A stretch of 63,985 nucleotides of DNA, filler included, from Dimargaris cristalligena (lineage: Eukaryota), in NCBI GenBank assembly GCA_003614675.1. It is 5 parts of 5 records of this genome, joined end to end, with 100 filler letters (N's around TTAATTAATTAA, not from the genome) between each part and the next. Parts side by side here need not be neighbours in the genome. Positions count along the whole stretch, not along the records: positions 39,527 to 52,558 come from ML003007.1; positions 52,659 to 63,985 come from ML003120.1; 3 more parts are not named here. The stretch is one strand, 5' to 3'. Each line of letters starts with the position of its first letter. Positions within the stretch are counted from its first letter, which is position 1. Shown one piece after another: positions 49,764 to 62,015 of the stretch. The notes beneath the pieces were generated by a model, which worked only from the letters and a program-made list of their open reading frames with translations, was not told where the DNA came from and did no database searches. Position numbers and translations under genes: made by a program.

Positions 49764-51945
49764 CTTTTTATGGGTGTTTACTCTAAGCACCTCGAACGAA
49801 CGAATATATCAGCAGGCATCGGGTTGCAATGGCATTCGGGAGGTATGCCGGAACCCCAAGTAGGAATATCCCGAAGGCGTGGTCATTTGCCAATGGGGAA
49901 AAGCAGCCCCTTCTCTCATCCGCGACCTTCCCTCATAGTTAATCACGGGAGTCGTCAATGTAATAGCAAACCAAAACCCCCCTTCCCCACTTTAAATTGA
50001 TATGTCGATGCACTGATGTTAATTGCGTTCCCCTGGGGAATGGTCTTCTTCATAATTTTACAAGAGTCGGCTGAGTAATGAAGGGCTGGTCAACGACCCG
50101 CCTATTGAATACGATTAAAGATACCATGTCCATAAGAGTAATTGCATGAGGCTACATAGATTTTACAACTTCGAACAAAAAGAATCCACCTTCAAAAATC
50201 CACCAGAGGATTAATAACCACCAGCTGAAGACCTGATTTAAATAAATATACATATAGATTACTAATATTGTTGTTAAAGCATGGTATCAGACAGATATCT
50301 AGCCAAGAACACCATACCATTAAGGCGAATCATCTTGAAATTGCTCGAGCCGTAATTGAAAATGAAGATAAATCGGCCTTACATCCGATTAGGCTGCAGC
50401 TTCGGTGTAATAACAATTACATTGATAAGTCGCATGGGATCCATGCCTTGAGATGTAGAATTCCCGCCTTTCTCATTTGCCTATGTGGTATCTACATACT
50501 CCCTCTTCTAGTGGCATATTTTAGCACAGCTGCAGCTGCCTTCTAAGTTTTGGTACTGCTTATCTAATTGGTTAGATACAGTCAAAATTAGGTTTATTAC
50601 TTACCTGACATTTAGTCGAGCAGGATAATCTGCACCATTATGGTCTTGCCCCTTGCCTTAGCTATCACATGATTAAATCACGATTATGCCATAATACCTT
50701 TCCCTTTAGATCCAAACAATTCCTCTGGTTCCCACCATAGCCTTCCTGTGCCACCTTCCTATTCTTAGGCAACACCCTTGCTGTCATTATGCATATAAAT
50801 ACTTTATTGGCTTATGAGCCATCACTTCTTAGTGTTTATATATTATGTATTCCATAACCCTTACCTATATATATGCCTCTAGTTGTTGAACATGTCCTTA
50901 TATATCCTCCACTGGTGAGTGCACATAACCCAGGAATCCTATATATTAATACACCCATCCATGTATCACCTTTTAATAAGTCACTGGTTAACAGACTCCC
51001 GCGACTCCGTTAATGGTTGTTTGTCATGTGGACTCTGATGTGAGACTAGAAAGATCAGCTTTAGCAGAGTAAAGCAAGGCATAATAAACGGGTTTAATGG
51101 TGAAACTAATGACAAGGCTGCTGGAAATATCAAAGGAGTATCAGTAACACCATATAGAAGGGATAAAAAAAACAGCTAAAGGACAGTAGGTGCCTCTAGA
51201 TGGTTAGTCTTATTGAATAGTATAGTCGGCAAATGGGATTTTAGGCGGTTACAGTGAGTGGACATAGAGCAACTAAATAAATCAACATCATTGGTTAGAA
51301 ACGGGAAATAGTAATCGACCCGTCAGGACAAATTTTTCAACATACATGTAAATCCAAACCGCACCAAAACGAAAGCGGCACTATTGGAAACCAGTAAAAA
51401 GCAACGGCCATGTCATAAAGGATGTGGTAGTACCTGCAATTAGGGCCAACCGATAATAGCGTTAAACATGTCCTCGATATATTAGACATTTATATACCCA
51501 GTGAAATATATAAAGAATGGGCGATGACCCACCCCATGTTGTGGACAATTCACAGCTTCCAACGCAGCCTATGGCCCAGGTCAACGTGTGGATACCAAAA
51601 GCAAGGCGATTGCCCTCCCAAGGACGAAGTATATGGTATTCGGGCTTCTAATGCTCGAAGGTAAAGCTACTTAGACCCAGACCAGTTGCGTCACCACATA
51701 GTAAAATATTGACTGGCCGAATGCCGACAAGGTATTGAGAAGTATCTCTGCAATGCTTACCAACACTGATAGTGCCCATACAGATATCTGATGTGGAAGT
51801 GTTTAGGGCCAAGGGTATATTGTACTTGGACATATGCTTAGCCAGATGGCAGATTAGTGAGCTTGATGAGAATATAACAGTGTCCATATTGAAGTAAACC
51901 ATTGAAAATGACCACCTATCCGGGCATGAAAGAGAACATATATTG

Positions 51946-52087
51946 ACATGGGTAAAATTCGGCGCAGCTATATAGGGTTTTGAAAGACGTGTATGGGAAA
52001 ACATACGAGAGATTGATTTATATCCCGTAATTTTTGCTTCATCCGGAGGTTATTTCATTATATAGCATGTTTGAACCTCTGCCACAC
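51946..52087 (+). mobile_element. MITE family A, copy 7 (ACAT/ACAC flanks)
   Basis: ACAT-GGGTAAAATTCGGCGCAGCTATATAG...TTATATAGCATGTTTGAACCTCTGCC-ACAC. Confidence 0.78.
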
Positions 52088-52558
52088 GGAACTTCTCAAG
52101 ACTTTTGGTGGTATACTTGAATCCCAACTGGCGAGATGGCAAACAGTGAAGGACTAGCCGGGTATTCGACATTGTTAGGGGGGGGGGCACTTTTTTTCTC
52201 ACCGCTGGACCTTTCATCCACCAAAACTGGATTATAATGTTGTTACCCACTATGTCTTCACATATTAAAATATAGTTACTGTTGAGGGGCCTGGTATTGT
52301 TCTTGATAAGAGGAGAAATGTCATGGATTCTTAGCCAAGTAATTTCCTAAATAGCACTTGGGCGTCGATAGGGAGGAGGTCGACGGTACTGGAAACCAGG
52401 CCATTGGTGATTGTAAGCCACCTTTTGACATGTCAAGCATACGGCCAAGTTGATTGCTTACTGCGAGGATAATGTGGCCTCGCCACCATCATTTATTCCT
52501 TCGAGTTTGGTTGGGGACGAATTAATGGCCGACGAAGAAGACTAAGTAGCCAAGCACA

Positions 52559-52658
52559 NNNNNNNNNNNNNNNNNNNNNNNNNNNNNNNNNNNNNNNNNN
52601 NNTTAATTAATTAANNNNNNNNNNNNNNNNNNNNNNNNNNNNNNNNNNNNNNNNNNNN
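52559..52658. other. Artificial contig-joining linker
   Basis: N44-TTAATTAATTAA-N44. Confidence 0.97.
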
Positions 52659-52897
52659 AGAAGGAGAAAGATAGAGAAACAAATTTTCACTAGAAAATTT
52701 TTCCTTTCTACTTCGGGGAAAGTAATATTTTTACGGAAAAATTTTTCTTTCCCCTCTATTAACATAATGAGTTTGTATAAACGAATTAGCTCGACCTCCG
52801 TTCTACCTTGGGCCTTCAACACAAGCCTCAACGTACGAAGGGTCGAATCTTCCGTTTGACCCGCTCTCCTTTGTTTGAATCCCGTCACTCGCCCAAC

Positions 52898-55800
52898 ATG
52901 CTTCACAACTTCGACTCCGTCTCCGAGGTGGGTCATTTGCGCCATATTGGACCTGTTGCCTACGTTTTGTACCCCGTTGTTACGCTGTCGAGCCCCTTCC
53001 TCTTCAACACAATCGAGAGTCTAGTCTAGTGTCTTTTTTTTTGGCATTGGGGGTTTTTCTCTAAGATTTACTAACATGAGGTTAAATTGCTTGTATACCT
53101 GGGCCACAATGTAGAGCTGCTTTGTTATTCAACCGACCATTCGAGGGAAAGGGTCCCGAAGAAAAGCTCCAGGTACGTATAGTACGACATGTGTATATGG
53201 GGATTGGCTAAACATGTCCAGGCAATCGTTGCAGCTCCAGCTCTACATATAGTCCTATACACTTGGCCAGTGTATTCATAACCTAGAGATTTATGCCCAT
53301 GAAGTATACTTTAACGGCAATGCTTGTGCTTACCAGCCTATGTCCGACTTCTCTATGACTACCCATTCCCCACTGACATAGTTCTCCCCCACGTCTCACT
53401 CAGTGGATTCCGTAAATTAATCAACGGTAAGGAATCCGACCACCTAATAGCCCTCCGACACCAACTATATACCCAAGTCTGGTCGGCGATTCGGGGCGAA
53501 ATTGACGAATGCCTGGCCCATGTCCATGAGAAGGGTCTCCAGCAGGTGACCGACCGGATCATCCAGACCGCCGAGGCAATGGAATCGATATCGTCCACCA
53601 TCTCAGGTGCACAGGCCTTCAACGAGATTCCCACTCTTTCCCTGTTCGCCGGTATCAATTTACAGGACCATGATATTCTATACACCCAAATCGCGCAGCG
53701 ACTACGCACCCAGCACCAGTGTTTCGTGATGGTATTGCCCTCGGGCCAGTGCACCAACCCTAAAACCACCATGACTATGATCGTCAGCGAGTTGATTGGA
53801 AAAGTACGAGACCGCATTCTGCTGGACCACGACGATGTAACCGGCATCGGGGAAGTTGAGTTTCAAAATCTAGTCCGGTCGGCCAAGAGCCAGGGGTTCA
53901 ACGTCCCTCCCTCCTACGATATCAAAACCCTCGTGGACTGGTTCAGGCATTTAAAGTCCCGCAACCCGACAGATGGGGCGCCGCTCATCGTGTTGGTTTT
54001 CAAGGATTTCGAGGGCTTTGATCAGTCGACCTTAGAAACCCTGATCCGTATATTCAGGTAAGTTAGACAATAGTACTAAACTGCAGAAGCATCTGCACTA
54101 TAATTATTTTCTACCTGTGGTGCTTGGCATTCGACAGCTTGATATGCAATACCAGATCTCATGACATACCAATGGGGAGTTTTAGGCTACTGGTAGATTT
54201 TTTGGTTTTAGATCTACCAGCGCGCTCATATCTACCATTTTTATGTCTTCTCTTTCACTATCCTCCTTTATTTGAACCGGCCTCCATTGTATAGCGAGTA
54301 CTGTGGCGAGTTGCCAGTGTCCTTTGTGTTCGGTATTGCTACCTCGGTGGACTGTGTTCAGCAGGCCCTCCCGAAACACGTCTCCAGTCTATTGCAAATC
54401 GAATCCATCAACCTTCAGCTCTCGGCCGAATCCGTCAACCGCATCATTGATCGAATCCTCATCCCGGGACACTACGGCCTTTCGTTGGGCTACGAGGCCT
54501 ACGAACACCTGCTGGACCAATTCTTTCTCCACAACTTCTCGGTCAAAGCGCTCGTTTCCACGCTACAGTATGCCTTTATGGATTACTTTTACGCCAATCC
54601 ACTGAGCGTTCTGGTATCCTTTGTAGCCAGTCCCGACCGGGCCCCTTTAGCCACTGGGGAACTTAGTTACACGCTGGACTCACTGGCCCGTGACATGGCT
54701 GAAGACCATTTCGATATTTTACGGATGCAGCCATCGGTGCGAGAGTATTTAGAAGGGCTGGATCTCCCGGCCAAGGCGTTATTCGCGGTACTGGATGATA
54801 ATATGTTGTTTTTCAATGACCACCTGCGCCCCCTTATGGACCGATTGCGCCATTTCCGTCTCCACTACACTTTGGCCATCCGGTGTTTCCAGTCCATGCA
54901 AGAATGCTGCGACCAGTCGTCCCTCAAGAAACCGCTGCGCATTATACATCTATTTAACTTGAACGAGGATCTATTTCGCACGGAGCATTACAAAGCCGTG
55001 ACCAAGGCCTTCAAGTAAGTTACACTGACCAGTACCAGTTGTATGATTGAATCTAGTTATAGCTACTCTATAGCCCATTAATGACAGTTTGCCCCATCCT
55101 CACCACCATAACTGCTCTCCTCTTGACTAGCAGGAACTGTTATTTTTTGGGGACTAATAATATGGTATTATATTGTTAATTCGGCAACGCGCCTCTCCTC
55201 CAATAGACGACTGAACGTTGAGACGGTGACGGACTTCATCCGGTCTTGTGTAGAGGCCTTTTTACCCCATGTGAACGACCAGGGCGAAGGCAACCGGGTG
55301 TGGGTTATCATTCGCATGCTACAGGATGTCATTCGGGGGCTGTGTAATGAACCCAATCCCACGGTGACCCCGGATACTGTCCGGATGATACTCCAGACCG
55401 ACCGAACTATCCACCAGGCCGATCTTGAACAGCTATTGACAGGTGTAACTGCCACCCAGCAAGGCGGGGACAGTAGTGACCAGTCGTCGGTTCAGACTGC
55501 AGTGCCCAGCGGCCTCTCTGCCCCACCAATGACTCCGCACCGAAATTCGTCGATGCGCAATGACCTCTATATGTCGCTTCTCACGGGCGCCAATCGCACG
55601 CCGAGCGCCGCCACTCCGCAACGGATTAACCGACGGCTCATGGTTCTGCCCGACCAATCCCAGAACCTTACCGATGCCCAAATTGGCTGGATCCAGGTGG
55701 CTTACGAATGCCTTGATCAATTCTTCCGCCGAACGCTCCGCTGCTACGACCGAGTGACGCTCCACGAGCTCTTCTACTACGACAACAAGCGGCTGCTCAA

Positions 55801-56155
55801 GAAGGCCTTCAATGCGCAACCCCGTGCCTCGGTGCAAACCGCCTTAGGCCAACCGGGTCTTTATATCCGATGCCAGTGCTGTGCTACCCACAAGGAGGTG
55901 GACGCGATTCATCACTCCCACGACGACACGTGCGTGCTTTATAAACTGTATTTAGAGTGCGGTCGATTGATTAATCTCTACGACTGGTTTGTTGCCTTCT
56001 CCAGCATCAAGGAGGGGGACCCTCGCCACCCTTCGCCCAAAGAACTGCAGGCCCGTTTTGTCCGAGGCATTTCGGAGCTTCAGTTCCTGGGGTTTATTAA
56101 ACCCACCACCCGCAAGACAGATCATGTTATCCGCCTGACTTGGGGAGCCATGTAG
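52898..56155 (+). CDS. ORC3: Origin recognition complex subunit 3; exons 52898-52927, 53115-53172, 53382-54057, 54295-55014, 55207-56155
   Basis: N-terminal DSVSE|SCFVIQP; EIPTLSLFAGINLQDH; LVFKDFEGF; FVFGIATS; QFFLHNFSV; MDYFYANPLSVL; winged helix LYKLYLECGRLINLYDW...ARFVRGISELQFLGFIKPTTRKTDHVIRLTWG; intron phases 0, 1, 2, 2 all join in frame. Confidence 0.94.
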
Positions 56156-58566
56156 TGTAATAAAAGGAAGGGTCAATTGGCTGAAGATACCCTCCCCCTA
56201 GTTACTCCCCATCCCAACTAATGGGTATAACTATTTGCTCCCGTGGCCCAATTTGGATTAAACTTTAGCGCTCTATACATATTTTTGTTGTATTGTTTAA
56301 AATACTTGATTTGGTATAATGCCCTTGGTACACTAGTTATTAGTCACATTGTATTCCTCCATTAGTAAATTATGCGTCCCTGGATGCCTGTGGTGTATTG
56401 ATTATCCTTGTGAAAGATTAACCACCTGAGGAACTGCAAATACCGCATCAGCCCGAAGAACGCATCCATATGGGAACGTGTTTACGTAGTTTTCTTCTGT
56501 CAGGATTACTGATGCCAATATGATCAAGCCTATAATCCCCCTGGGAGCTAGGGATATGCAGTAAAACCACCACCTTTCATTTATTACAGAAGGCTGCGAC
56601 TTCTTCTATGGACAGTGTGAACTCTGCGGGCTCGGCAATACGTTACTATATATGGCTAAGGCTAGGGAATTCGTGTGAGTACGCTAGGCAAAACTACTTG
56701 GGATAGAATGTATAGAGAAATGCATTATCTAATGGTGATAAATAAGCCAGGGAGGGATGAGTGTAATAGTTAATGTTATGATGTAGAGCTTACGAATAAT
56801 TAGGGAAATAACTGTTTTGGTGGGTTAATAGAATCTGGGTGGCTTTGGCGTTCGGAATTAGAGCTATAATACCTTGGTGTTGGAGTGGGTCACTTGGTAC
56901 TTATTAGGCAAGTTTAGCCCCTTGATAAGGCAAGACGTGGAACCCTGGTAATATTGGCCAGAATGGGCAGGAGGTGGACATGCAATAGAAAGCCCCAAAG
57001 TCCAAGGTTTAAAGAGCTAATTGCTTTGTACATATCAGCGAAAAACTACGGCAGTGATATGGTCATTATTGACCTGCGAAATATGATACAGACCCTTTTC
57101 ATGACTAGTGGTTTGTTTATTGGTAGGGAGTGGACTGCAAACCCAGAGCGAATCCCTGAACTCAGAAATGGTTGCAAGAATCGCCGAATCATCTCTACAG
57201 GACGAACTAATAATTTGCATTGAAGCACGCTTCACCAAATACACTATAGTGGCCCAATCAACTTACTTAGCTAAACCCACTGACTTGCCAAGTTGGTTCA
57301 ACTCCATTGATGTGCGGAGTCAATGCAAGTCTGTACGACTGGGTTAACGGGCCAATCCCGGATTTGGCGTTATCATTTTTCGTATTTATATTTACCCGAC
57401 CGCCCGCCATACCAGTCTCTCTACGTCCACTCTGGCTCTCCGGCCTAATCCGCTTAAACAGGCATAGTAGGGGGGAAATCGATGGTGCTGGACATTGGTA
57501 TTGCCAAAACAAGAGGACACATCCCCCCTATTCGCAAATTATTCCGAATTGGTGGTTTGGGGTGATTAGGTTGTCAACTGTGGAGTAAAGATCCCACACC
57601 CCCTCCCTTCTCTACCGCCAATAGAATCATAGACATGTCGATCAGGATGTACAGCAGATAGACGGTTGGATAGGTGCCGACCACCAAAATCGCCGCGCAC
57701 TATTGCCTATAATTTGGCATTAACCGGAATGCCCGTCGGTCGAGTGATCTGCCGCATATCATCCCCGATTGGCCAAATAGGGAGGAGGAGCAATAGTCAA
57801 TACCACCACACTGCTTCACTGGAGGTGGTGGGCTATCCCTGAATATCTTATCTGGCGCCTCTATTTTAAGCCTTTCAACGTGAAAATCTAATACAGAAGG
57901 GGAAGGGGGAGTGGGGAAGTTTCCGATATTAAAGAGGCCTAAATGGTAATGCAGAACACCCTTCCCCTCCCGTCCCCTCCGCGCACACACGCCGTATTCA
58001 AATTACTTTATTTCACCAAAGGCTTTTGTTCACGGGTGTGATTGATACTTGTTCCTCGTGTTCCTGCGTCCTTAAAATACCCCCTGCTCCCTATTCAGAC
58101 CAATCGAACGTGCCGAAGAGGGCGGGGGGCCTCTATTAACGTACCACTCGCTCTCCTATTGAAGAAACCCCCACTCCCTCACCGTCATCCCCCCTGTGAG
58201 GGAGGAGGGGGAATGTCCGCTGGATTACAAACTAGAGATTGAAGTAAGGGCAATCCGCCCTTTGTTTAAGGGACGCCCATCGCCCAGAATTGATGAGCCT
58301 AATGATACTACAAGGGGGCTAAATACTGCTAGTCGTGCCCATTGCCAAGTGTGCTCTCCCTATTTTTATTTTTTTAAGCCATACCGCAAAGGGTTGATTG
58401 GATTTCAAATGTTATATAATACAGCATGCCCCGCTACCCAGTGGGCAATTTGTTCCTTCCAAGTATTACCCCCTAATTCTAAAGTATTTTTTACTCCTCC
58501 CCTCCCTCAATCCCATTATATAACGCAAGCTGACCAAGGCCACTCGCTCAATTATTATATTACACC

Positions 58567-59751
58567 ATGGACACTCCTTATTATGCTGTTAGCGCGCTGC
58601 TCGTCACTTTATCGATAATATGTAGTTTTGTATCCATTGCCCTAATAATGTGGATAAGGCACCGGAAGCCAGCCGCCACCAATTCACCCTCCTTCGTGCT
58701 GGCCTTATGGATTGCTATAGCCGATATCCCCCTTCGAATCATCGATTACGCGACCAATCCCCTTATTCTCAATAACAACTTTCCAATGGACCGTCACTAT
58801 GCCCGCTTTCTCTCTTGGTTTGCGATGTTTAGCACCATGTGGATTGTAATGCTCAACGTCATGATTGCGCTCGATATGCACTTGACCATTTACAAACACC
58901 TGCCCAACCGGGCCCGCATCCGCTCCCTGTATCCATACATCGCCACTGGTTCGGCCTTTTTCTTCAGCTTCTGGTACCTTATCCTACCTAATGTGCGCTT
59001 TTTGAGGGACGGTGCGATTTCGGTGTCCTTTGCCGGTTCCCTTTCCGGTCGGTTTTACACGATTTGGATGTTGATCTGGCTCTATGGGGCCACTCTTTAC
59101 ATCATGTGTGTCGTTATTGCCATTTTCGTCACGTTGTTCCGGTCACGGAGTCGGGTCAGCAAATTTACGCTCGATAATGCCTGCCGGCAACGCAGTACTA
59201 CTCTCATCAAAAGTGCCCGGTTGGTAGTGGCCTACCCCATTGTCCTGATCGTGGTCTACTTCCCTAACGCCCTAAACACGCTCCTCGTAGCGTTGGACAT
59301 GGTGGACTTTTCGACGGCCCTGAACTACATCCAAACCATCCTGTTTGCTACGCAGGGTATTCTCAACTTAATCACCCTCATTTTCCACCCCGCTGTCGTG
59401 GCGGCCTACCGACAGGAAGTGATCCCACTCCCATCGTTTTTGATGTCATTCACTAAGAGCCGGCAATCAAAGAAGTCCAAGGACCTCGATGTCATCCAGT
59501 CGGGCTTACCCACTTTTGTCGCCTGGCAGCCCCCGACCAAGGCCACGGACACAGTCGCAGTCACCGCCCCACTGCAAACCTTGGATATGGACTACGGGGT
59601 CACCGGCTATTTCGACTCCGTGCTGGAAAAACAGGGCTCTTCGGAATGCTATGATTCCCAGCGAACCGCCGGATCATTCAGCCAATCCATGGCTGATCTC
59701 GGGCCATCTAATGACGACGGCTACGAATCGGATGAATCAACCTGTCTTTAA
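58567..59751 (+). CDS. Seven-transmembrane GPCR-like protein (cAMP-receptor/Git3-like fold)
   Basis: Seven hydrophobic segments; SPSF..LALWIAIAD (TM2), LNVMIALD (TM3), RLVVAYPIVLIVVYFP (TM6), QGILNLITLIFHP (TM7); Ser/acidic C-tail. Confidence 0.82.
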   Translation: MDTPYYAVSALLVTLSIICSFVSIALIMWIRHRKPAATNSPSFVLALWIAIADIPLRIIDYATNPLILNNNFPMDRHYARFLSWFAMFSTMWIVMLNVMIALDMHLTIYKHLPNRARIRSLYPYIATGSAFFFSFWYLILPNVRFLRDGAISVSFAGSLSGRFYTIWMLIWLYGATLYIMCVVIAIFVTLFRSRSRVSKFTLDNACRQRSTTLIKSARLVVAYPIVLIVVYFPNALNTLLVALDMVDFSTALNYIQTILFATQGILNLITLIFHPAVVAAYRQEVIPLPSFLMSFTKSRQSKKSKDLDVIQSGLPTFVAWQPPTKATDTVAVTAPLQTLDMDYGVTGYFDSVLEKQGSSECYDSQRTAGSFSQSMADLGPSNDDGYESDESTCL

Positions 59752-62015
59752 TATGGGCGGATCGCCCCCGCTCCTGTATATATTAAGTGTATAATATCTA
59801 CGATTTTATGTATCAATAAATCACCTATTCTATTCGATACCCACTTCCCCTCTACTTGGGTGCCCCGAGCTATATAGTTGGGAGTGAAGCGGCTGTGAAT
59901 GTCGTGCACGAAGTGTAGGATTGAATGACTGACGCCATTCGCCAACCCTAATGGGGGAGATTGGAGGGCAATTCCTCGGGCAGACAAAGGCCGTAAAGGT
60001 CATTCACTTAGGGTAGGTCAATCGAGCTTGTAGGGGGAGGGGTTGCCTATGGGTAGGTAAGCGAGTACAGAAGGATGGGCAAACTTTATTTTTATCTATT
60101 GGGCACTCACTACCTCAAGTGGGTAGCTCATGAGCCCACCTTGTCCGACGGCAATGCTTTCGAAGTAGATTACAATTCACTGGGAACCGCGAGCAGTGGT
60201 CGGGCTCAGAGCTGTCTCTGCCGGTCCTCATGTTCAGGCGGTCAGAGCAGGTAAGGTAACCAATACAGGTGTCTCGAAACTAAGTTTTTTTAAAATATGT
60301 TTGGTTCAAATTAGAAGGGAGGAAGAAAAAATGGGTGACGGGGAGGAACATTTTTCCAACAGTCGTAAAAAGTGGTACGCGGTTGGGACAAAGTGGGAAA
60401 CTAAATGTTTATGTTGATCGGTACTGGTTAAATATTACATTGATGATTTTTAGTGGAGGGGAGTTCTATAATTAGCTTTGTATGGCAGTTGGTTTGGCTA
60501 GCCCCTCATTAAAGGGACATGTATATGCCTATCTCGAAAACCATGACAAATAGGTACAGGCAAAGTGGAATATTCAAGTTGGCGGCAAAATATTCAGAAT
60601 TACGGACGACAGTAAACAAACCAGAAGATAGCACCACACTAGCTGACATTGGATATACCATAAGGTCGCCCGAGTAGGAGAGAAATCAGTGGATGTTTAC
60701 ATATACATTTCAACGCGAACAGAGGTTCAGGGCCGATTAGAGTGTACGGAAGTGTCAATAGAATCAATTCGCTCACCCATTACTGGATGACATATCAATG
60801 TTCCGGGCTGTTCAGAAAACCCCGTAAAGCAGTGGACAACAATATGCGAATATATTATCGGTATTCCACTTCGTTGGCCTTAATTGTGTGCCATGACGAA
60901 TGGGTAAGAAGAAGTGATTAGCTGAGTCGCTTTCTAAGGGGCCATTCCAAGCTCCAGTCTGGAAGGGGGCAGGAATTCCAGGGTACCGTAGGTCTGGTGG
61001 GTTTAAATGCAGGGTCGGCTCACTCCCCCCCCCCCTAATACTAAAGAGCGCCCGCCTTGAACACCGTAGGACTATCTTGAACAGCTACAAAGTCCCTTAA
61101 GACCCTTAGGAAATTAATGGTCAGAAACACGGGAGCCCAAAGAGTGTTGAACTGATTTAATCAGGGATTTAAAAGTGGGAGTAGGCGGGTCCAACCAAAC
61201 CGGAAGTGTGACGAGTGCCTTTCCCCTATTCGAACTGTAAAATAGGTATCCAACCCCCTACCCCTCTTATCAATACCATCCATTATGGGGTTCGTCTAAG
61301 AAGAACCTGACTGGTATGGATTTTGAGAAAGGCTCGCCCTGAAAAGGCCTAGACACTGAGAGTAAGGCAATTATCGTGTCGCGCGTCGCGTGTCGCTGCG
61401 GCCAGAATGGCCACTGGTGCCCATTTGTATGAAAGAGCCGGACGCTAAAGGGGTCACACTCCGAAATATTTTGTTATGGTTTAGCATCTGCATTTTTAGT
61501 AAATGGGCCATACATAAACTAGGCAGTATCCGCGGTTACCCCCTCTTCCGTTCGGCTTATTCTTACTTCCAGTTTTTTAATGATATTTGATGCTTTGTAA
61601 ATACCCCGTCGATTAGAGACTTGGTATCGATCTGATGATATTGGAGTGTCATTTATATGACTTACCTAATTTATGCTATGCTTATGTTCTCCTTGTAATG
61701 TTTTCATTATCTCTCCATTAATACTTAATTTTCACCATTCCAGTTGCACTTGAAGTATATTTGCAAATCTACGGACCGAATCGATTTAATTACACCGTAT
61801 TTTTATTTATACTCCACGGATCATTGACGCACGGTTCAGCCAATTCATAGTGAACAATCCCTTCTAATAGCGGCCCAAGTACTTAGACGCCATAGATTCC
61901 ATTTAATAGCGATCATATTGTAGAAATCCAGGCTATATTATACTATAGCCTATTTCCTACGCGGCCAAGCTAGCGCTTTTCATTTAATAGTTATAGTAAT
62001 TCTAAATTAAAGGCC

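Noticed and set aside
6441-52087. Palindromic recurring sequence as a CRISPR array or RNA gene
   Set aside because: Copies are dispersed, about 144 bp, with TIRs and TSDs; no spacers, cas genes or cloverleaf
56400-57400. Possible decayed coding or TE sequence downstream of ORC3
   Set aside because: Multiple stops and no recognisable transposase or RT motif by eye
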